NCBI GenBank assembly: GCA_023703655.1
Contig: CP097973.1
Location: forward strand, 276,813-340,812
Direction of reading: 5' to 3'
DNA length: 64,000 bases
From: SAR86 cluster bacterium
GTDB taxonomy: Bacteria; Pseudomonadota; Gammaproteobacteria; Magnimaribacterales; D2472
Shown: in pieces, positions 36,224-46,195 of the stretch
Layout of the letters: every line of letters starts with the position of its first letter
Position numbering within the stretch: the stretch's first letter is position 1
The notes under the pieces: model-generated
Told to the model about the DNA's origin: nothing
The model's database searches: none
What the model saw: only the letters and a program-made list of their open reading frames with translations
Program-made: the position numbers and the translations under genes

Positions 36224-37117
36224 ATGTCTCATATTCCAGTTTTACTGGAAGAATCAATTGATTTCCTCAGAATAATTCCAGGTGGTAATTATTTTGATGG
36301 AACGTATGGAGAAGGCGGTCACTCAAATGCAATACTCAAAAATCTCAACAAAGAAGGTAGATTATTTGCAACTGATCTAGATCTTGGTGCAATTGAGATC
36401 GCAAAGAAAAATATGGTTGATAATCGTTTTAGTATATTTCATAGTTCATTTAGTAACATCAAACATTTGGACATTCCTCATTTAGATGGCGCTATTTTTG
36501 ATTTTGGCATGTCATCAAATCAACTGGATGATCCATCAAGAGGATTTAGCTTTAAAAATAATGGACCTATTGATATGCGAATGAATACAGAAAGCGATGC
36601 AAATCTTAAAAAATGGATAAATAATGCTTCAGAAAATGAAATTGAGGATGTAATAAGACAGTTTGGTGAAGAGAGTAACGCTAAAAAAATATCTAAAAAG
36701 ATTATTGAAGTTAGGCAAAATAAATCTATTAATGATACACATAATCTAGCTGAAATTATAAAAAGCGTATCGCGATTTAAAAAAAATAAGATTCATCCGG
36801 CAACAAAAACTTTCCAAGCATTTAGGATCTTTATAAATAATGAACTTGATGAAATACAAAAATTGTTAAGTTCAATTGATGATATGATGAAAGTAGGAAG
36901 TAGATTGGTTTTTATATCTTTTCATTCTTTAGAAGATAGATTGATCAAAAACTTTTTTCGACCAAAAGAAATCAATTATCCACGCGATATCCCCATTAAT
37001 AATGAAATTGAAATTAGATATAAGGCGTTAGGAAAAAAGATTCGTGCATCAAAAGATGAAATTAAAATAAATCCTCGAAGTAGAAGTGCAATTTTGCGAG
37101 CATTTGAAAAGATATGA
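36224..37117 (+). CDS. rsmH: 16S rRNA (cytosine1402-N4)-methyltransferase RsmH
   Basis: HIPVLL and DGTYGEGGHS motifs. Confidence 0.93.
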   Translation: MSHIPVLLEESIDFLRIIPGGNYFDGTYGEGGHSNAILKNLNKEGRLFATDLDLGAIEIAKKNMVDNRFSIFHSSFSNIKHLDIPHLDGAIFDFGMSSNQLDDPSRGFSFKNNGPIDMRMNTESDANLKKWINNASENEIEDVIRQFGEESNAKKISKKIIEVRQNKSINDTHNLAEIIKSVSRFKKNKIHPATKTFQAFRIFINNELDEIQKLLSSIDDMMKVGSRLVFISFHSLEDRLIKNFFRPKEINYPRDIPINNEIEIRYKALGKKIRASKDEIKINPRSRSAILRAFEKI

Positions 37118-37386
37118 ATAACACTGCAAATTTTTCTTTTATATCAGCTATAGGATTAATTTTTTTAATTTCGAATCTCTTGCTAATCAAAATAAAATGG
37201 GAGAATGCTGTCATGTCAGGACAGCTTGATCGTTTGAATCTTGAAAATACAAAATTACAAGAAATTAATTTAAAACTTAATACAGAGAAATATTTTTTGT
37301 CTTCTCTATCACTCAATGAGAGGATTGCATCAGAGGAATTGCAAATGGTTAAAGCTGAGCCAACAATTTACTTAGTTCGCGAATGA
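37114..37386 (+). CDS. ftsL: cell division protein FtsL
   Basis: 90 aa, single TM plus a leucine-zipper-like coiled coil, in the canonical slot between rsmH and ftsI. Confidence 0.75.
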   Translation: MNNTANFSFISAIGLIFLISNLLLIKIKWENAVMSGQLDRLNLENTKLQEINLKLNTEKYFLSSLSLNERIASEELQMVKAEPTIYLVRE

Positions 37387-38963
37387 AAACAAGAAGATCT
37401 CGTCTGATTACGGTTATAAGTGTTTTCATTTTGACACTAGTAATAATCATATCAAGACTATTTTATTTATATTTTGAAGATAGTGGATTTTTACAAAATA
37501 AAGGTAAATTAAAACTAATCACATCGAGAAAAATCTCATCTATTAGAGGACAAATTTTAGACAAAAATAATAATCCGCTCGCTGTGACTGTTATGCAATA
37601 TGATCTTTATGGATTAAAGGGTTTAAATTTAAGCCATGACGATTTACTTACACTTAATTTAAATCCTGAAAACAAGATTTTAAATAAAAAGGCACTGCTA
37701 AAAAGAGATATAACCTTAGGTGAAATAGAATTAGTAAAAAAATTTAAAAACAACTTATTGGAGATTGAAAATACTCCTAAAAGGTATTACCCATTGAGTG
37801 AGCAAGCATCGCCATTAATTGGATTTTCAGGGAAGGATAATATAGGCCTTGAGGGGCTAGAAAAAATTTATCAAGAATCGATTCAAGGAGAGGATGGCGA
37901 AATTGAAATACATAAAAACGCTCATCAAATAGCTATTAAACCTCCAATAGTTAAAAAAGAATCAATTGAAGGAAAAGATATTTATCTCACCATTGATAGA
38001 GACATCCAATTCAAAGCTTATAAACATTTATCTGCAGGTGTGATATCAAATAATGCTCGGGGTGGTAGTTTAATTGTATTAGATAACTTGAATGCTGAAA
38101 TCTTGGCAGTTGCAAGCTTTCCTTCTTATAATCCAAATGATCCACAAAGGAAGATTCAGAGAAACCGTGCCTTTTTAGATAGTTTTGAACCTGGATCATT
38201 ACTGAAACCTATCGCACTTGCAATTGGATTAGATAAGGATTTTATTGATAAAAATATAAAGATTCAGACCAGCCCAGGAACTTTAACTCTTAATGGAAAT
38301 GTGGTTCATGATTCGAATAACAATCATGGTGAGTTATTGCCATCAGGTGTAATAGTTAAATCAAGTCAAGTAGGAGCAGCAAAGATTGCATTAAAGATAG
38401 GGGAAGAATCTCTTCTTAAAGGATATAAAGAATTTGGTTTTACTAATAATCCATACATTAGTTTTCCAAGTATTTCATTTGGATCTGTAATCAGTCGAAA
38501 TGATCTTAGTGATCACGAGATAGCAAGTTTAGGTTATGGTTACAATATTGAAGCCACCGCCTTACAGATTGCTTTAGCTTACTCAGTGATTGCTAACGGA
38601 GGGATTAAGAAGGAATTTTCATTACTAAAAAATGAGAATACTGGATCAAAAAGAATAATTTCTCAAGTAAATTCAGATTATGTTTTATCTTCTTTAAGAG
38701 AGGCTGTACTTATGGGAACAGGATATAGAGCCAATTCAAATAAAATAGAAATTGCAGGTAAAACTGGAACTGCTCATAAAAGTGGAGGTAAGGGTTATAG
38801 CCAAAGTAAATATACAGCAAGTTTTGCCAGCATTGGCCCACTTTCTAATAGAAAATACACCGTAATTGTTGTTATTGATGAACCAGATCCAAATAAATAT
38901 TTTGGTGGTGAAGTTGCTGCACCAATCGCAAAAAGTTTATTTGAAGATTTGCTTTCAATCTAA
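37383..38963 (+). CDS. ftsI: peptidoglycan D,D-transpeptidase FtsI (PBP3)
   Basis: N-terminal TM, SxxK (GSLLKP) and KTGT motifs, canonical position. Confidence 0.9.
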   Translation: MKTRRSRLITVISVFILTLVIIISRLFYLYFEDSGFLQNKGKLKLITSRKISSIRGQILDKNNNPLAVTVMQYDLYGLKGLNLSHDDLLTLNLNPENKILNKKALLKRDITLGEIELVKKFKNNLLEIENTPKRYYPLSEQASPLIGFSGKDNIGLEGLEKIYQESIQGEDGEIEIHKNAHQIAIKPPIVKKESIEGKDIYLTIDRDIQFKAYKHLSAGVISNNARGGSLIVLDNLNAEILAVASFPSYNPNDPQRKIQRNRAFLDSFEPGSLLKPIALAIGLDKDFIDKNIKIQTSPGTLTLNGNVVHDSNNNHGELLPSGVIVKSSQVGAAKIALKIGEESLLKGYKEFGFTNNPYISFPSISFGSVISRNDLSDHEIASLGYGYNIEATALQIALAYSVIANGGIKKEFSLLKNENTGSKRIISQVNSDYVLSSLREAVLMGTGYRANSNKIEIAGKTGTAHKSGGKGYSQSKYTASFASIGPLSNRKYTVIVVIDEPDPNKYFGGEVAAPIAKSLFEDLLSI

Positions 38964-38965
38964 CA

Positions 38966-40387
38966 ATGAACTCAAACTTCAAACATCAATCAATTCAAAA
39001 ACATTTTGGAGTAATAATTGAAAATGACAAGGTTATAACAAACATAACTGATAGCACAGAAAATATTTCAAAAGGCTCAATTTTTTTTGCAAGAGAGGGC
39101 ATGTCATCCCATGGTAGTGACTATATTAATTTAGCTCTTAAGAGGGGAGCAATTTTAATAATTTCCTCTAAAGCTATTAACAATAAAAAAGTACATTACG
39201 TACCTGATCTTGAAAATATACTCGCTGGATTTCTTTATGACTATTATGATATTGAACAGAAGAAAGTAAAATTTTTTGGGATAACTGGCACTAACGGTAA
39301 AACATCAATAGCATATTTGGCTCATAAAATAACTCAAGATCACAAACAATCATCTGCTTATGTGGGTACATTGGGATATATAAGTGAAAATTTCAGATCA
39401 AAAAGTAACAATACAACACCATCAATTTTTTTTATTTTTGATTGTATTTCTCAGACAAAATACAGTAATACTTTATATGTATATTTGGAACTCTCCTCCC
39501 ACGGATTATCTCAAAGACGATTAAATAATCTTTGCTTTGAGAAAGTATGTATTTGTAACATTGCCTCAGACCATCTTGATTACCATGAAAATCATGAGGC
39601 ATACACAAAGTCAAAACTTTCGGCACTGAAACTTTATGCTCGAAGAGAACCACTTATTAATCATGAAATAACCGAAAAAAATGCAATGAATGTTAACCAC
39701 TATTCAATATCTGAAATAAATGAAAATGCGACTTTTTATGTAAATATTGTAAGATCATCTCCCGAAAGATCTGAATGTAATATTTTTAACAATAAACAAA
39801 AAATTTTTTCGTTCTCAACAGATTTTTTTCCCGACTTTAATATACTTAACGCTTGCTATTCTATTTGTTTAATTTTAGACCAAGATTTCTTTAATTTTCA
39901 AAAAATTGATTTTAAAAGATTATCTCTACCACCTGGCAGAAATAATATTTTCAAAAAAGATCAAAAGATGATAGTGGTTGATTTTGCTCATAATCCTAAT
40001 GCTTTAGAATTGATAATATCATCGTATAGATCTTCATATAAAAGTATTTGGACTTTGTTTGGTTGTGGAGGGAATAGAGATAAATCAAAGCGGAATAAAA
40101 TGTTTAAAATTGCAAAAAAATACTCACAGAAAATTTTTATCACCTCTGATAATTCAAGATTTGAGAACTTCAATAGTATTGTTAGAGACATATTAGGAGA
40201 GGACAGATTTGATAATTTAGAGGTTATAAAAGATAGAGATTCAGCTATTAAGATCGCAATTGATACATTACCAAAAAATGTGCCTTTGTTGATTCTTGGA
40301 CGCGGGCATGAAGAAACATTAAGTTTAGGAAAAAATATAATTAATCATTCTGATATAAAAGCTGTGCAAAGGTATATTTCTTTATGA
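38966..40387 (+). CDS. murE: UDP-MurNAc-tripeptide synthetase MurE
   Basis: Mur ligase P-loop GITGTNGKTS, position. Confidence 0.88.
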   Translation: MNSNFKHQSIQKHFGVIIENDKVITNITDSTENISKGSIFFAREGMSSHGSDYINLALKRGAILIISSKAINNKKVHYVPDLENILAGFLYDYYDIEQKKVKFFGITGTNGKTSIAYLAHKITQDHKQSSAYVGTLGYISENFRSKSNNTTPSIFFIFDCISQTKYSNTLYVYLELSSHGLSQRRLNNLCFEKVCICNIASDHLDYHENHEAYTKSKLSALKLYARREPLINHEITEKNAMNVNHYSISEINENATFYVNIVRSSPERSECNIFNNKQKIFSFSTDFFPDFNILNACYSICLILDQDFFNFQKIDFKRLSLPPGRNNIFKKDQKMIVVDFAHNPNALELIISSYRSSYKSIWTLFGCGGNRDKSKRNKMFKIAKKYSQKIFITSDNSRFENFNSIVRDILGEDRFDNLEVIKDRDSAIKIAIDTLPKNVPLLILGRGHEETLSLGKNIINHSDIKAVQRYISL

Positions 40388-41721
40388 AAATTTTAAATGA
40401 TCGATCTTCAGTTTTCCGCTATCTAGAGATTCCTTTATCAGAGAAAGCCAACAAAAAAATTTCTAAAATTGTAATTGATTCTAGAAATGTAAAAGAGGAT
40501 TGCCTATTTTTTGGCTTAGAGGGTAAAAATACAAATGGAAGTTTATTTGCAGAGGAAGCGTTGCAAAATGGAGCTTCATTAGTTGTATCAAGTAACAAAA
40601 GTTTTGCTATGGATTCTCCAAATCACATTTTTCATGAGTCTCCAATTGATGCTATGGCTAAAATAGCATCAGGTATTATTGATGATTTTACAGGTAACAT
40701 TATTGGAGTTACTGGCAGTAGTGGAAAAACAACAGTAAAAAACCTCATCCAACATACTTTGAATGATTGCTTTGGAACAATTGGAAACTATAACAATGAA
40801 ATAGGTTTGCCTTTCAGTGTTATGAATTTAAGTCAGAACCATAAAACAGCAGTTTTTGAATTAGCTGCAGGCAAACCAAAGGATATAGATTTTTTAGCCA
40901 AGATCGTAAGACCACATTTTGGAATTATAACGTCCATTGGCCATGCACATCTCAAACAAATGAAATCAATTGAGGGAGTTCTAAAAACAAAGTCAGAAAT
41001 CATACCTAATATTCGTGAAGGTGGTTTTCTTTTGATACCTCACATTGAGTATGTTGATTATTGGAAATCAATTAGGAATGATATAACAGTATTTACATTT
41101 GGAGATCATCCTGATTCTGATTACAAAATATCAATGATAGAACCTAGCGAAAAATTAATTAATTTTTCTGTTTACGTAAAAGAATATGGTCAAACATTTG
41201 ATTTTGTTACCGACTTACTCGGGATGCATAATATCCAGAATATTACAGCTGCCTTCATCTGCTCTCAATTAATTGATAATGACTACCTTGCTTTTCAAAA
41301 ACGTTTAGAGGCATTTAAAAATAATGAAAACAGACTTTCTGTATCTAGATGGATTAATGGATCAACAGTTATTAATGATACCTATAATGCAAATCCTGAA
41401 TCAACTGTCGCAGGCATCAAAGTTTTATGTGACTTTCCAAAAAGAAAAATCATGATATTTGGTGATATGTTAGAGCTTGGAACACTTTCCGATGATTTTC
41501 ACAAGATGATTGGTAATTTTGCTAAAGACTCTAACGTTGACTTATTTATAGGTTTTGGAAATAAAACTAAATTAAGTGTAAAAGCATATGGGAAGAATGG
41601 GCTTTTTTTTAATGATGCAAAAAAACTTAATCAATTTCTTGCAAGAGAAATAAAAAAAGATGACATAATCTATATTAAAGGGTCAAGAGGAATGAAAATG
41701 GAGAGGTTTATAGAAGAATGA
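40384..41721 (+). CDS. murF: UDP-MurNAc-pentapeptide synthetase MurF
   Basis: P-loop GVTGSSGKTT, position. Confidence 0.9.
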   Translation: MKILNDRSSVFRYLEIPLSEKANKKISKIVIDSRNVKEDCLFFGLEGKNTNGSLFAEEALQNGASLVVSSNKSFAMDSPNHIFHESPIDAMAKIASGIIDDFTGNIIGVTGSSGKTTVKNLIQHTLNDCFGTIGNYNNEIGLPFSVMNLSQNHKTAVFELAAGKPKDIDFLAKIVRPHFGIITSIGHAHLKQMKSIEGVLKTKSEIIPNIREGGFLLIPHIEYVDYWKSIRNDITVFTFGDHPDSDYKISMIEPSEKLINFSVYVKEYGQTFDFVTDLLGMHNIQNITAAFICSQLIDNDYLAFQKRLEAFKNNENRLSVSRWINGSTVINDTYNANPESTVAGIKVLCDFPKRKIMIFGDMLELGTLSDDFHKMIGNFAKDSNVDLFIGFGNKTKLSVKAYGKNGLFFNDAKKLNQFLAREIKKDDIIYIKGSRGMKMERFIEE

Positions 41722-42800
41722 TAGAAATTTTAGGTGCATATTTACTAAATTTCGATCCAGGTTTTAATATTTTGCGATATTTAACTTTTAGAACACTCGG
41801 CGGTACAATCACAGCTCTGACATTATCAATTTTACTTGGTCCGATTTTTATAAATTTTTTAAAAAATATTCAATTCTCTCAAGTCATTAGAAAGGAGGGA
41901 CCTCAATCTCATCAGAAAAAGTCTGGTACTCCTACTATGGGTGGTTTGATTATTATTGCTTCAGTAATAATCTCAACACTTATCTGGGCTGATTTATCCA
42001 ATGCTTATGTATGGACACTTATCATTGTGACAATTTTATTTTCAATAGTTGGTTTAATCGATGATTATTTAAAGATTTCTAATAAAAATTCAAAAGGATT
42101 ATCTGGCAAAATGAAGCTTCTTCTTCAAACTGGCTTTGCATTGATTACTCTCATAATTTACTTGTATTATTCAACCGATAGCCAACTATATTTCATTCTA
42201 CCATTTAACAAAAACTTTATATTTGATATATCTATTCCATTATTTTTATTAATTAGCACTTTTGTGATTGTTGGATCTTCAAATGCTGTCAATTTAACTG
42301 ATGGCCTTGATGGGCTAGCTATTTTACCAACAGTTTTGATAATGGGTGGTTTGGGATTAGTTGCATATGCAATGGGTAACATCATTATTGCTGATTACCT
42401 TTACATTCCTCATTTACCTCAAGCAGGTGAATTAATTGTGGTTGCAGGATCATTTATCGGAGCAGGTATTGGCTTTTTATGGTACAACACATATCCAGCT
42501 CAAGTATTTATGGGTGATGTTGGATCGTTAACTCTTGGGGCTATACTTGGAACTTTTTCTGTAGTACTTAGACAAGAAGTAATCTTTGCATTTATGGCAG
42601 GTGTTTTCATAATGGAAACATTAAGTGTAATTATTCAAGTGCTCTCTTATCGACTTTTTAAAAAAAGAATTTTCCTCATGGCACCAATACATCATCACTT
42701 TGAACTCAAAGGTTGGGAAGAGCCAAAAGTAATTGTTAGATTTTGGATTATTACTTTTTTATTGGTTTTATTTGCTCTAGCAACACTAAAGATTAGGTGA
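41718..42800 (+). CDS. mraY: phospho-MurNAc-pentapeptide translocase MraY
   Basis: NAVNLTDGLDGLA and PIHHHFE motifs, polytopic membrane protein. Confidence 0.95.
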   Translation: MIEILGAYLLNFDPGFNILRYLTFRTLGGTITALTLSILLGPIFINFLKNIQFSQVIRKEGPQSHQKKSGTPTMGGLIIIASVIISTLIWADLSNAYVWTLIIVTILFSIVGLIDDYLKISNKNSKGLSGKMKLLLQTGFALITLIIYLYYSTDSQLYFILPFNKNFIFDISIPLFLLISTFVIVGSSNAVNLTDGLDGLAILPTVLIMGGLGLVAYAMGNIIIADYLYIPHLPQAGELIVVAGSFIGAGIGFLWYNTYPAQVFMGDVGSLTLGAILGTFSVVLRQEVIFAFMAGVFIMETLSVIIQVLSYRLFKKRIFLMAPIHHHFELKGWEEPKVIVRFWIITFLLVLFALATLKIR

Positions 42801-44041
42801 AAGAGAATTTTTTAATTATTGGTGCAGGTAAATCAGGTTTATCTGTTGCAAAATTTTTAAAAAAAAAGGGCATTACTCCAAAAATTATAGATACAAGATC
42901 TAAAAAAGAATTGTATTCGATCGAAAACTTAATTAACCATGATATTGAATATGAAACAGATCTTATAAACTTTCAATTTAAAGATTTCAATAAAATATAC
43001 ATATCACCAGGTATAAATCCAATTTTGATTGGTCATTATAAAAATAAAATTCTAAGCGAATTAGATTTATTTCTTAATGAAACAAGTAAGCCAATCATCT
43101 CGATTACTGGTACTAATGGAAAGAGCACTGTAATTTCTTATTTATATCAAATTTTTAAGAAGCATAATTTAAATACTCCAATTGGAGGAAATTTTGGTAT
43201 GCCAATGTTGGATTTATTTGATCAAAAAGATGAAACTGATTTTTTTTTACTTGAATTATCAAGCTTTCAACTTGAATTTTTTAGTGGAAAAAAAGCTCAT
43301 CATCAATCAAAAGTATTTGCCTCGTTTTTAAATTTTTCTCAGGATCACTTAGACAGGCATGGATGTATTAAAAATTATTTAGCTGCAAAATCAACTATAT
43401 CTAAAATGACTTTAAAAGATGATTATTATTTTTATAATCTTGAAAATCAAGAAACCAACCTATTAACTCAAGCTAAAAAAGTACCATTTAAACAAAATAA
43501 AAATGATCCTACCAACGTAAATGAAAAAGTTGCTAAATTAATTGCTGAGACAGTGTTGAGAAATTTCAATATCCCCATGAGTAAAAAGAATTTTCAAATG
43601 GAAGAATTAAAATTCAGGAATCAAATTGTTAAAGTAAATTCGAAACTAACTGTAATCAACGACTCTAAATCTACAAATCCGAATTCAACAGAATTTTCAA
43701 TCAAAAAACTTAAAAAAAAGAACTCCATTTTAATTCTTGGAGGAAAGAAAAAAGGTTGTACATTTAATAAGCTTTTTATTCCAAATATTATAAAAAGAGT
43801 TTACGTATTTGGTGATGACTATGAAAGTATTGCTAAAGAGATTAATTGCAAGAATGTTTTTGTTAATGAGAATCTGAAGGAAGTGATTGCGGATATATTT
43901 AATTATTTAAAAACAAAAGATTCACTCAGCAATTGGCAAATTCTTTTCAGTCCTGGATGCGCAAGTTTTGATCAATTTAAAAATTATGAGGATAGAGGTA
44001 GATTGTTTGACCAATATATTATTGAAAATTCATGCAAGTAA
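42797..44041 (+). CDS. murD: UDP-MurNAc-L-Ala:D-Glu ligase MurD
   Basis: IGAGKSG Rossmann motif and P-loop ITGTNGKST. GTG start overlaps the mraY stop. Confidence 0.88.
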   Translation: MKENFLIIGAGKSGLSVAKFLKKKGITPKIIDTRSKKELYSIENLINHDIEYETDLINFQFKDFNKIYISPGINPILIGHYKNKILSELDLFLNETSKPIISITGTNGKSTVISYLYQIFKKHNLNTPIGGNFGMPMLDLFDQKDETDFFLLELSSFQLEFFSGKKAHHQSKVFASFLNFSQDHLDRHGCIKNYLAAKSTISKMTLKDDYYFYNLENQETNLLTQAKKVPFKQNKNDPTNVNEKVAKLIAETVLRNFNIPMSKKNFQMEELKFRNQIVKVNSKLTVINDSKSTNPNSTEFSIKKLKKKNSILILGGKKKGCTFNKLFIPNIIKRVYVFGDDYESIAKEINCKNVFVNENLKEVIADIFNYLKTKDSLSNWQILFSPGCASFDQFKNYEDRGRLFDQYIIENSCK

Positions 44042-45138
44042 ATAATTCATTTTTTTTAACTATTACTTTTACGCTTATACTTTTATTTGGATTAACCTTT
44101 GTAGCATCCTCATCAGTCTTTGAGGGTTTCGAACTTTCTGGCGACCCTTTTTACTTTGCTAAAAGACAATTTATTTTTGTGATTATTGGGATAATATCAA
44201 TGTTAATAATCTTGAACATCCCATCGGATAGTTACGCAAAATTCGATTGGTTAATAATCATATTTTGTTTTTTATTACTTTTAGCTTTGTTTGTTCCAAA
44301 TATTGGTAAGGTAGTTAATGGAAGTCTCAGATGGATTGATTTAGGCCTCTTTAATTTACAACCATCTGAACTTGCAAAGTTTGGATTAATTATCTATGTA
44401 TCCGGATATTGTGTACGAAGATCAAATCAAATTTCCACAATTTTTGGCTTTGTGAGACCTCTAATGGTTGTATCATTATTTTCATCTGCAATCATTTTTC
44501 AACCAGACTTAGGTTCAGTGGTAATTATCTTTTGCGTAATACTATCTTTATTATTTTTAGCTGGTATATCCATAGGGCAATTCTCATTATTAGTTTTAGT
44601 GCTTTCTGTTTTAGCATACATTGCCGTAAGGCATGAGCCATATAGATACGCAAGACTAATTTCATTCACTGATCCTTTTGCTCCTGAGTTTGAGGAAAGA
44701 TCTGGATACCAATTATCAAATGCATTAATTGGTATAGGTAGAGGTGAGTTTTTTGGAGTTGGGCTTGGAAATAGCATTCAAAAAAATGCATATTTACCTG
44801 AACCACATACCGACTTTATTTTTGCAATAATTCTTGAGGAAACTGGAATTCTCGGGGGTCTAGCATTAATTTTTTTGTTTATATTTTTGCTTTTCTTAAT
44901 TTTAAAAATTTCAAATGAATCATTTAAGATTAAAAATTCATATCAAGGTTTTCTTTGTTTTGGGATAGCTACACTCATCGCTATACAAACAATTTTTAAT
45001 CTTGGTGTTAATCTAGGATTATTACCAACCAAGGGACTTACTTTGCCATTTGTAAGTTATGGAGGAGCAAGTTTAATTACCTTTATGGCAATGATAGCAA
45101 TTGTTTTGAGAATCGATTATGAAAATAGAAGTTATTAA
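44032..45138 (+). CDS. ftsW: SEDS peptidoglycan polymerase FtsW
   Basis: QPSE.AK and PTKGLTLPFVSYGGAS motifs, 10-TM protein. Confidence 0.92.
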   Translation: MQVNNSFFLTITFTLILLFGLTFVASSSVFEGFELSGDPFYFAKRQFIFVIIGIISMLIILNIPSDSYAKFDWLIIIFCFLLLLALFVPNIGKVVNGSLRWIDLGLFNLQPSELAKFGLIIYVSGYCVRRSNQISTIFGFVRPLMVVSLFSSAIIFQPDLGSVVIIFCVILSLLFLAGISIGQFSLLVLVLSVLAYIAVRHEPYRYARLISFTDPFAPEFEERSGYQLSNALIGIGRGEFFGVGLGNSIQKNAYLPEPHTDFIFAIILEETGILGGLALIFLFIFLLFLILKISNESFKIKNSYQGFLCFGIATLIAIQTIFNLGVNLGLLPTKGLTLPFVSYGGASLITFMAMIAIVLRIDYENRSY

Positions 45139-46185
45139 ATGAAGATAATTATTGCAGGAGGAGGAACTGGTGGTCATATATTTCCCATAATTGAATTTAT
45201 CAACGAGTGTGCTGCAAGAAAAATTGAAGTTTTGTGGTTAGGAACAAACAGAGGTCTTGAAAGAAAACATAAACCTGACGGATGTACACTCATTGAAATG
45301 AATATTTCAGGATTTAGAGGAAAAAACTTATTTAAAAAGTTCATTTCAATAGTTTCATTATTTTTCTCAATCATTAAATTAATTCCAAAAATTTTATTTT
45401 ATAGGCCAACAGCAATTGTATGTTTTGGAGGTTATGTATCCTTACCAGCTGGTATAACATCAATTATTTTAGGTAAATCATTATATTTGCATGAGCAAAA
45501 TGCAGTGTTTGGAACATCTAACAAGATTCTAAAATTCTTTTCAAAGAAGATTTTTCTTGGTTTTCCAATTAATGGCTATAATTCTCACAAAATAGTTCTT
45601 ACAGGAAATCCGATAAGAAATAATTTACAAAATCAAACTCAATCATCCAAACAACATGATGAATTCAATGTACTTGTTACAGGTGGCAGTTTAGGTTCAG
45701 AATTTATAAACACTCATGTACCTAAAGTGCTGTCATCAATAAATTTTGCTGATTATGGAATTAATAAATTAAATATTTTTCATCAAACTGGTGTTAATAA
45801 ATCTGACTACGTTAGAGATCTGTATTCAACTAGTATTTGTTTGCAGACAAAAGATTTTTTTGATGACATGCATCAATATATTTTCAATGCTGATTTAATC
45901 ATTACCAGAGCAGGCGCATTAACATTGTCAGAAATCTCAGCTTATAAAAAATATTGTCTGATGATTCCTTTGCCAACCAGTATTGATGATCATCAATTAA
46001 AGAATGCAAGTATTATTGAAGACTTGGATAGAGGAACAATTTTTGAAGAGCATCAAGAAATAAAAATTCTTCAGGAAAAAATAAAATTCATAATGCACAA
46101 CAAAAAGTATGCTTGCGAAGACTCTAAAGTTATACCAAACCACTTTGATGCAGCAAAGAAAATTCTAGATTGCATATTAAACTAG
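45139..46185 (+). CDS. murG: lipid II synthase MurG
   Basis: GGTGGHIFP N-terminal motif, GT28 fold, position. Confidence 0.9.
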   Translation: MKIIIAGGGTGGHIFPIIEFINECAARKIEVLWLGTNRGLERKHKPDGCTLIEMNISGFRGKNLFKKFISIVSLFFSIIKLIPKILFYRPTAIVCFGGYVSLPAGITSIILGKSLYLHEQNAVFGTSNKILKFFSKKIFLGFPINGYNSHKIVLTGNPIRNNLQNQTQSSKQHDEFNVLVTGGSLGSEFINTHVPKVLSSINFADYGINKLNIFHQTGVNKSDYVRDLYSTSICLQTKDFFDDMHQYIFNADLIITRAGALTLSEISAYKKYCLMIPLPTSIDDHQLKNASIIEDLDRGTIFEEHQEIKILQEKIKFIMHNKKYACEDSKVIPNHFDAAKKILDCILN

Positions 46186-46195
46186 TTTTTTTGTA

